Part shown: in pieces, positions 27,537 to 32,000 of the stretch
Layout of the letters: each line of letters begins with the position of its first letter
Numbering within the stretch: position 1 is the stretch's first letter
Assembly: GCF_000186885.1 (NCBI RefSeq)
Contig: NC_014972.1
Location: 3,450,001-3,482,000 of the forward strand
DNA from: Desulfobulbus propionicus DSM 2032
GTDB lineage: Bacteria; Desulfobacterota; Desulfobulbia; Desulfobulbales; Desulfobulbaceae
Direction of reading: 5' to 3'
DNA length: 32,000 nt
Translations under genes and position numbers: made by a program
Notes under the pieces: model-generated
What the model was told of the DNA's origin: nothing
Seen by the model: the letters and a program-made list of their open reading frames with translations, nothing else
The model's database searches: none

Positions 27537-27911
27537 TCAGCCTGGCCCCTTTTTGCTCTCGCGGCGCTGCTGGTCCAGATCGCGATAGGCCGCGGGAAGA
27601 AAACGTGGCGTGCAGACCGCAAGAAAGAGCAGGTCCACATGGCCGATGTTGGTGATTCGCTGCCGGCAACCCGGAGGGATCAGCACCACATCGCCGGCTT
27701 GGACCTGCCGGGGGGGCTCGTCGCCGACTTCCACCAGGCCGTTGCCTTCCAGCAGCAGGTACCGCTCCTGGATGCCCTCAAGACCGTGCCATCGGGTGGA
27801 CTGCCCCGCTGCCACCCGGGCACGGGCCACGGACACTGCCGGGTCGTCGGGGGTATTGTGCAGTTCGAGGATGAAACAGCCTTCCTCGAAATAGTATTCC
27901 TCGTCGCTCAT
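27537..27911 (-). CDS. Cupin-domain protein
   Basis: 124 aa from the ATG at 27911 (GAGGAA SD); the GTG at 27932 is less likely. Single cupin barrel pattern (WH.LEG..ERYLLLEGNG.V.VGDE....V.AGDVVLIPPG..QRI.N.G). Confidence 0.7.
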   Translation of the reverse strand: MSDEEYYFEEGCFILELHNTPDDPAVSVARARVAAGQSTRWHGLEGIQERYLLLEGNGLVEVGDEPPRQVQAGDVVLIPPGCRQRITNIGHVDLLFLAVCTPRFLPAAYRDLDQQRRESKKGPG

Positions 27912-28094
27912 CCCGTTCCTCGCGGCGCTCACGCTAATTCGTTCAATCCAGGGACACCACCAGCGCGGCCGGCCATAGGCCGTACAGAGCGCACAGGCCC
28001 ACCCCCGGTCTGCGGCGAAACCATCGCCGAGACCAGACTGAACGAGAAACTCGCTCCCGCGCTCTCCTCGGCGTGCCCGCGGGGGGCATCCCGC

Positions 28095-28865
28095 TCACAG
28101 TCCATACTTCTTGCTGTAACCGCGTGGAGTGATCATTTTTTCCCGCCAGACAAAGGTCTGCGAGTTGCCGATGATCACCGTGGTCTGCATGCCGATCTCC
28201 TCATCGAGCATCATGCCCAGCGTGGTCAACCGCACGCTCTCGTGCTCGCGGGTGGCGCCGCTGACAATGCCCACCGGCGTGTCCGGCGAGCGGTGCGCGA
28301 GCAGGATCTCACGGGCGCGGACGATCTGATCGGTGCGTTTTTTGGACTTGGGATTGTAGATCACCACCACGAAATCGGCCGGAGCCACGGCTTCGAGGCG
28401 GCGTTCGATCAGTTCCCAGGGGGTCATCAGGTCGGAGAGGCTGATGGCGGCGAAATCGTGCATCAGCGGCGCGCCGAGGACAGCGGCGCAGGAATTGAGG
28501 GCGGCGATGCCGGGGATGATATCGATTGCGGCCTGGGCCTCCATGGACCGGGCCAGTTCAAACACCAGCCCGGCCATGGCGTAGATGCCGGGATCGCCGC
28601 CGCAGACCAGGGCCACGCGGCGGCCCGCCTCCGCCAGCTCCAGGGCCTTGCGGCAGCGGTCGATCTCCTGCATCATTGACGAGGACAGGACCTCGCTCTG
28701 GGGGTTGAGGCAATCGCGCACCAGGTCGAGATAGGTGCGGTAACCGACCACGATTTCGGCCTGCTCCAAGGCAGCCTGGGCCCGGGGGGCCATGAGATCG
28801 GTGGCGCCGGGGCCGAGGCCGACAACGGAGAGGGTGCCGGGGGTGCTAGTTTGTGCTGTTGCCAT
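28095..28865 (-). CDS. cbiH: Precorrin-3B / cobalt-factor III C17-methyltransferase
   Basis: 256 aa. LSVVGLGPG, VVGY.TYL, ALVCGGDPGIYAMAG, IPGI.A.N..AA..GAPL.HDFA.ISLSD and ITPRGY are CbiH/CobJ signatures. AAGGA SD. Confidence 0.92.
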   Translation of the reverse strand: MATAQTSTPGTLSVVGLGPGATDLMAPRAQAALEQAEIVVGYRTYLDLVRDCLNPQSEVLSSSMMQEIDRCRKALELAEAGRRVALVCGGDPGIYAMAGLVFELARSMEAQAAIDIIPGIAALNSCAAVLGAPLMHDFAAISLSDLMTPWELIERRLEAVAPADFVVVIYNPKSKKRTDQIVRAREILLAHRSPDTPVGIVSGATREHESVRLTTLGMMLDEEIGMQTTVIIGNSQTFVWREKMITPRGYSKKYGL

Positions 28866-28928
28866 GTTGAGTTTCCTTACTGTTTGAACTGAGAGGTTGA
28901 TAGTCTGGAGTTGTTGAGTCTGTTAGGT

Positions 28929-28960
28929 AAAAAAACGACACGATGCGCATGTGCATCGTG
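28929..28960 (-). terminator. Rho-independent terminator between cbiG and cbiH
   Basis: On the minus strand: stem CACGATGC / GCATCGTG (8 bp, 6-nt loop; plus-strand 28939-28960), followed by TCG and T7 (plus-strand A run 28929-28935). Confidence 0.6.
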
Positions 28961-29012
28961 GCCAGTGAGCAGAGAGCCGTACCTGCAGCCTAACGGACTC
29001 CAGCCTCTCCCC

Positions 29013-30029
29013 CTATCCACCTAACCAACCTTGCAACGGATCGCCCATCTCCGCCACGGCCGTGGTGACATCGGTCCACTTCATCTTGGCGACCAGCAGG
29101 ATGGCACCTGGACCGGCGCCGAGCAGGGCCGCCGGCTCGGCCACGCCCTTGGCGCCAATGGCCCGCTGCACCGTCGCCGAGGTGCTGACGCCCTCCACCT
29201 GGTTGAGGGCATCCTTGCTGAAAAAATCAATGTCCAGGCTCTGTTGCCGGGCATAGTCCAGCAACCCGGTCTCGTCCTCTTTGAGGTCGATCGAGGCCAG
29301 GCGGGCGATGGCCTGGGAAGCGAGACCATGCTGCGCACAGGTCGCCGCCACTGCCTGGGCGATGGTGGCGGCCGATGTACCCCGGTTGCAACCGATGCCG
29401 ACGACCAGCGACTTGGGGCAGAGCAGAACGGCGCGAGAGGCGCCCATCGTTCGGCTATCGATACGCAAATCGGCCGCATCGCGCTCGGTCACCGGCACGA
29501 GATCGGCCGGCAGTTCCGGCAGCGGGTAGCGGCTCCACAGGCTGAGGGAGCCCTGATCGACCAGACGGCCCATGGCCCGGGTGAAGGCCTTCTTGTCTGC
29601 TGCCGTCAGGCCGTGCTCGCGGCACCAGAGGTCGAGCGCGGTGCGGCCGAGCACATCCGAGGCGGTGGTGAGCACCGCCGTGCCGCCGGTTGCGGTGGCC
29701 ACCCGGCGAGCGAGGTCGTTGGCGCCGCCGAGGTGGCCGGAGAGGAGCGAGATGGCAAAGCGGCCCCGTTCATCGCCGACGACGATGGCCGGATCATGAT
29801 ATTTGTCGCCCAGCAACGGAGCAATGGTGCGGACCACGATGCCGGTGGCCATGATGCAGACGATGCCGCGATAGTGCGGCCACACCTGGGCCATCACCGC
29901 GGCCAGCCGTCCCTTGCAGGCAAAGAAGTCAGCGTGGAGCTGCCCGGCCAGTTGCCGCCCCAGCGCACAGCCGCCGCGGCTCAGCGCGAGCACGGCCAGC
30001 GGCGGTTTTTCCCCGGCCCCTCCCGTCAT
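29013..30029 (-). CDS. cbiG: Cobalt-precorrin-5A hydrolase
   Basis: 338 aa from the ATG at 30029, which shares one base with the cbiF stop (TGATG). CbiG N-, mid- and C-domain motifs (ATGIVVR.IAPL..DK..DPAVV, ISLLSGHLGGAN, VGIGC.RG, LASID.K.DE.GL). Confidence 0.88.
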   Translation of the reverse strand: MTGGAGEKPPLAVLALSRGGCALGRQLAGQLHADFFACKGRLAAVMAQVWPHYRGIVCIMATGIVVRTIAPLLGDKYHDPAIVVGDERGRFAISLLSGHLGGANDLARRVATATGGTAVLTTASDVLGRTALDLWCREHGLTAADKKAFTRAMGRLVDQGSLSLWSRYPLPELPADLVPVTERDAADLRIDSRTMGASRAVLLCPKSLVVGIGCNRGTSAATIAQAVAATCAQHGLASQAIARLASIDLKEDETGLLDYARQQSLDIDFFSKDALNQVEGVSTSATVQRAIGAKGVAEPAALLGAGPGAILLVAKMKWTDVTTAVAEMGDPLQGWLGG

Positions 30030-30808
30030 CAACGGTACTCGTGGGAAAAGGAGGCGTCGTAGAGTTTGGAGGCGATGTGGCTGTCCTCGCCCAGGGCCGG
30101 GCCGACCACGATCATGGCCGTCTTCTTGATCCGCGAGGCCTGGATGTGGGCCGCGATGTCGTCGAGGCGGCCACGGACAATCTGCTGATCCGGCCAACTG
30201 GCCCGCTCGACCACGGCGATCGGGGTCTCGGGCGCATAGCCGCCGCTGATCAGGTCATCGACCACGGTGGCGATCAGCGACACGCTGAGAAAGATGCACA
30301 TGGTCGCCTGGGCGCGGGCCAGGTTGCGCAGCGATTCGCGCTCCGGCACCGGCGTGCGGCCTGCCTGGCGGGTGAAGATCACCGTCTGGGTGACCTCGGG
30401 CACGGTCAGCTCGACCTTGAGGGCAGCGGCGCTGGCAAAGGCCGAACTCACCCCGGGCACCACCTCGTAGGGAATCCCCTGGGCATCGAGCCACTGCATC
30501 TGTTCACGGATGGCGCCGTAGATGGCCGGGTCGCCGGTGTGCAGCCGCACCACGCGCAACCCTTGGCGATAGCCATCGGCCAGCAACTGCATGATCGTGT
30601 CCAGATCGAGGCTGGCGCTGTCGTGGCAGCGGGCCGCAATGCCGTCGAGCAGGGCGGGGTTGACCAGACTGCCGGCATAGACGACCACATCGGCCTGATC
30701 CAGCAGGCGGCGGCCCTTGAGGGTGATCAGTTCCGGGTCCCCAGGGCCGGCGCCGAGAAAGACTACCGGATGGAGAACCGCATCAAGCGGTGAGGGCGTT
30801 GCGTTCAT
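30029..30808 (-). CDS. cbiF: Precorrin-4 / cobalt-precorrin-4 C11-methyltransferase
   Basis: 259 aa. VVFLGAGPGDPELITLKG..LL..ADVVVYAGSLV, VVRLHTGDPAIYGAI.EQ and EVVPGVSS are CbiF/CobM signatures. Confidence 0.92.
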   Translation of the reverse strand: MNATPSPLDAVLHPVVFLGAGPGDPELITLKGRRLLDQADVVVYAGSLVNPALLDGIAARCHDSASLDLDTIMQLLADGYRQGLRVVRLHTGDPAIYGAIREQMQWLDAQGIPYEVVPGVSSAFASAAALKVELTVPEVTQTVIFTRQAGRTPVPERESLRNLARAQATMCIFLSVSLIATVVDDLISGGYAPETPIAVVERASWPDQQIVRGRLDDIAAHIQASRIKKTAMIVVGPALGEDSHIASKLYDASFSHEYR

Positions 30809-31571
30809 TGGACACCTGTACCTTTTTTTTACGGATCACCATGGTGGAGAAATAGTGCAGTGTGCACCCCCGGGCCTGGCGGATATCGGTGTAGACCCGT
30901 TCCTCGGGCATGCCTGAACGCTCGATCAGCACCGCGCAGTCCACCAACCCCAACTCCTCCAGCAGGTCGATCAGGACATCGAGCCGTTTGTGCACCTTCA
31001 TCAGTACCACCGCATCGAGGGTGGTGAGGATGGAACGCAAGCGGTCGTCTTCAAAGGCGGCCGGGACCACGGCCAAGACATCGTCGCCCAGGGCCAGCGG
31101 ACTGGCCTGGGAGGCGGCGCAGGCGGCCATGGCGGTGATGCCCGGCACCACGGTCACCGGTATCTGCGGCCGCTGTTCTTGGATCATGGCCAGCAGATAG
31201 AAGGCGGTGGAGTAAAGGGTGGCATCGCCCAGGGTGGGAAAGGCCACGTCCGAACCCCGGTCGAGATGGCGGATGACCTCGTCGGCCGACTGCCGCCAGG
31301 CTGAGAGCAGTTGTGCGTCGGTGTCCTGGCCGAGAAAAACCTTTTTCATCGGAAAGCAGAGCGACAGGATGGTGCGGCCGGTATCGGGCACCATCTGTTC
31401 GGCGATCTGCTGGGCGCTGCTCAGCCCCTTTTCCCGGGCCGTGGGCACGGCCCAGACCTTGGCGTCGCTCAGGATGCGCACCGCCTTGTAGGTCATGAGT
31501 TCCGGGTCGCCGGGACCCACTCCGACCAGATAAAGATGGCCGGTTTGCGCGGAGGAGTTGTCGCTCTTCAT
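30783..31571 (-). CDS. cbiL: Precorrin-2 / cobalt-factor II C20-methyltransferase
   Basis: 262 aa. LYLVGVGPGDPELMT.KA, FPTLGD..LYST..YL, and VVPGITA. The 3' end overlaps the cbiF start by 26 nt. Confidence 0.88.
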   Translation of the reverse strand: MKSDNSSAQTGHLYLVGVGPGDPELMTYKAVRILSDAKVWAVPTAREKGLSSAQQIAEQMVPDTGRTILSLCFPMKKVFLGQDTDAQLLSAWRQSADEVIRHLDRGSDVAFPTLGDATLYSTAFYLLAMIQEQRPQIPVTVVPGITAMAACAASQASPLALGDDVLAVVPAAFEDDRLRSILTTLDAVVLMKVHKRLDVLIDLLEELGLVDCAVLIERSGMPEERVYTDIRQARGCTLHYFSTMVIRKKKVQVSNERNALTA

Positions 31572-32000
31572 TTGTCGCCTGTGATGAGGGTTATGGGGTT
31601 GAAGACTCGTGGTTCGCTGTCCGGGGACAGACGCCGGTTCACGGCCAGGGTACTGCTCGCCACCCGCAGGCCCAGCCGCTGCAGGGCGGCCAGGGCCGTG
31701 GTTTCGGTCTGCTCCAGCACGGCGTTGACCACGATGCGGCCGCCTGCGGCCAGTCGGGCCACCGCCGCTTCGAGGATCGGTTCCAGTCGCTGGCCGCTGC
31801 CGCCGATGAAGATCCGATCCGGTGCGGGCAGGTTGGCCAAGGCATCGGGCGCCTCGCCGCTGACCAAGTGGATGGCATAGGCGCCGTAGCGCCGGATGTT
31901 GGCGCGGATGTTGGCCTGCTCCTCGGGTTTTTTCTCGATGGTGTGGATCGAGAGGTCAGGGCACATCCGGGCCGCTTCCAGTGATACCGAGCCGGAACCG
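31568..32000 (-). CDS. cbiT: Cobalt-precorrin-6B (C15)-methyltransferase, decarboxylating (CbiT, or the CbiT part of CobL); N-terminus outside window
   Basis: The frame is open to the window edge. SAM-methyltransferase motifs (GSGSVS.EAA, DRIFIGGSG, GGRIV.NAV). The stop overlaps the cbiL ATG (ATGA at 31568-31571). Confidence 0.85.
   Translation of the reverse strand, partial: GSGSVSLEAARMCPDLSIHTIEKKPEEQANIRANIRRYGAYAIHLVSGEAPDALANLPAPDRIFIGGSGQRLEPILEAAVARLAAGGRIVVNAVLEQTETTALAALQRLGLRVASSTLAVNRRLSPDSEPRVFNPITLITGDK

Noticed and set aside
28866-29012. Considered a cobalamin riboswitch in the cbiG-cbiH spacer
   Set aside because: At 147 nt it is too short and lacks the B12 box and GCCACUG core. 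Only a simple terminator hairpin is evident.
29031-30793. Plus-strand ORFs of 343 and 250 aa opposite cbiG and cbiF
   Set aside because: Antisense to well-supported cbi genes, with arginine/glycine-rich composition and no motifs.

Overview
This is a GC-rich, densely coding bacterial chromosomal segment; most 60-nt lines hand-count at about 55-65% GC. I call 28 protein-coding genes, two of them cut by the window edges, plus one tRNA-Phe(GAA). Order, with strand in parentheses: lpd' (+), pyrC (+), yciH (+), nhaB (+), Zn-ribbon/acidic protein (+), tRNA-Phe (+). On the minus strand follow a CHASE-PAS hybrid histidine kinase, an EamA/DMT transporter, and a second PAS hybrid kinase. Then rsmI (+), a small helical protein (+), a U32 YdcP/RlhA-like protein (+), and a Zn-ribbon Nudix hydrolase (+), followed on the minus strand by fabB and a ydfG-like SDR. 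Next come ferritin (+), a HEAT-like protein (+), a C-N hydrolase::HldE-domain-II fusion (+), an HMA metallochaperone (+), and a STAS-like hypothetical (-). An RND adaptor (+), RND pump (+) and sugE/gdx (+) follow, then on the minus strand a cupin, cbiH, cbiG, cbiF, cbiL and cbiT'. I saw no CRISPR array, IS/transposase, integrase, prophage gene or recognisable defence gene. The window reads as core genome of a Gram-negative anaerobe (anaerobic-type cbi genes); a deltaproteobacterial/Desulfobulbales-like origin is only a guess. I do not find a convincing new multi-gene system. Four items are the most unusual. (1) A single-ORF fusion of a nitrilase-superfamily domain to the heptose-1-phosphate adenylyltransferase domain, translationally coupled inside a ferritin/HEAT/HMA gene string. 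(2) A ~780-bp block of 22-37% GC lying in frame inside the sensor part of one hybrid kinase. (3) A canonical intrinsic terminator between cbiG and cbiH in an otherwise overlap-coupled cbi operon. (4) Nested perfect inverted repeats in the long leader of the U32 gene. The many very long ORFs antisense to real genes are high-GC artefacts. All homology statements come from by-eye motif and sequence recognition, not database searches.
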